DNA of 64,000 nucleotides from Neoechinorhynchus agilis (lineage: Eukaryota > Animalia > Acanthocephala), in the NCBI GenBank assembly GCA_051530055.1, contig CM121341.1, positions 13,866,784-13,930,783 on the forward strand, written 5' to 3'. The translations under genes were made by a program, and so were the position numbers. A model generated the notes under the pieces. That model saw only the letters and a program-made list of their open reading frames with translations. It was not told the DNA's origin and made no database searches. Below, piece by piece: positions 62,808-64,000 of the stretch. Every line of letters begins with the position of its first letter. Positions within the stretch are counted from its first letter, which is position 1.

Positions 62808-63739
62808 TAGTGTACACAAGATAATTTAAATAAATTCATTCGAATAGAAATAACGCGGTTATTAGCAAGTCGTAATTTCACATACGCATGTGTAATGATC
62901 TTCAGTGCAATCTCTTAAAATAATGAATTTTAGTAAAATATCAAGTACTCACTCAATTGCTTAAAATATTTCACTTTTATGAAAATGGCATGATGGTTAT
63001 AGTGTTTCAAAGACTATCCAGTAAAAAGCATAAACAGTGCGAAGAAAACTATATTGTTGGCTAATACGTAAAGATAGTCTAACAAATCTACGTGCTTATA
63101 GAAAGCTACTTGTCCCATTTAGGCAAAATCGCCTTTCCATGGAATATCTAGACGTCTAAAAGCCTCCTTCCACAATGCATTTGCCTTCTTCATTCCCTTT
63201 TCTCCGCCGGTCTGAAGGAAGAATGGAATGTCTAACGAGAAGTAGGAAAATGTTATTGACATAAAGAAAGTTCACTTACATTTAGTTATGTGCTTGATGG
63301 GAATTTTATTTTCCTTAAAATAAAGTATTTGTTGGCATAGAACCTCGATGTGATCTTTGGGCGGTTTAAGAAGCTCAGCAATCTCATCAGACATTTTGCC
63401 ACCAAAAGGAATCACTGCAGGTACGAGCATTATGAAGAGTAATGGAAAGAACATGTTGTCGAATGTATGTGAGATACTGATCGCAATCAATCGTATATAG
63501 TTAGAAAACGGTTAATCTTACACCTTTTTTGGCTGGGTCAAAACGACCTCGTTTTCCGTTACAAAGACAACAAACACGGGATTTCGTACGATGATTAAGT
63601 ACATAAACAAATTTTTATCGACAAAGTCAAGCGCGATGTTTGCAGGAGAAGTGTACCAATAAGTTCGGTATTGTATTGTATGCAACGGTACTTTCCTACG
63701 TTGCACCGTAGGTATAAGCCCGTCAGATAGAAATAGACT

Positions 63740-64000
63740 CCGCAGGGGGCCCGTGAACTGCAGTCGTCTGCGGCGCAAATATTCACTGGGCGGTTGGACT
63801 CCGGCTCTCTTATACAGCGCTTTGTTGGTCACTTTATCTGACCATTGGCCTTGAACGCCGCACGTAAGAGAGATGAATGATTTTGGTCCAACTGCCTCGT
63901 CGCCGTTGGTGACAGTGTCCAGGTCTCTGCATTGTAGTAGAGAATGCTCTCAATTAGAGCCCTGAACAGCTGCGAACGGAGTTCATCTGACAAAGACTCA
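63740..64000 (-). mobile_element. RTE-clade LINE C-terminal fragment (runs off the window end)
   Basis: QLFRALIESILYYNAETWTL and TNKALYKRAGVQPPSEYLRRRRLQF. Confidence 0.85.

Noticed and set aside
1-64000. tRNA, rRNA, snRNA, CRISPR arrays, telomeric repeats and hammerhead ribozymes
   Set aside because: None recognisable by eye; CTGATGA hits lacked a matching GAAA core. A covariance-model scan would be needed to exclude them.

Overview
AT-rich window from a compact animal genome. The innexin is spiralian-like, ordinary GT-AG introns are mostly about 40-60 nt, and the proteins are strongly diverged; the taxon cannot be fixed from sequence alone. Recognisable genes: MTIF2, SNRPD2, IPO5, a membrane-anchored GalT/HIT-like protein, a GT31 glycosyltransferase, a two-EF-hand protein, an innexin, CLPP, a TRAPPC13-like gene, NUBP1, DUS2 and PSMC1, plus several orphans. 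TE debris includes CR1/L2-like, RTE, CRE, Penelope, Helitron and three hairpin/MITE families, and there is a 2150-bp tandem duplication that looks identical by eye. Main finding: conserved genes (IPO5 twice, innexin, NUBP1, DUS2, possibly more) are interrupted in mid-exon by 117-679 nt stop-containing inserts. These have imperfect terminal inverted repeats and a 2-3 nt direct repeat (mostly TA), and share no obvious sequence. Excising them precisely, leaving one repeat, restores the frame and the homologue-length alignment, although the ends are not GT-AG. This suggests IES-like programmed DNA excision or non-canonical hairpin introns in an animal. Imprecise GT-AG splicing remains a live alternative that RNA-seq and germline/soma DNA reads would settle. 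All homologue comparisons were made from memory, not by database search.
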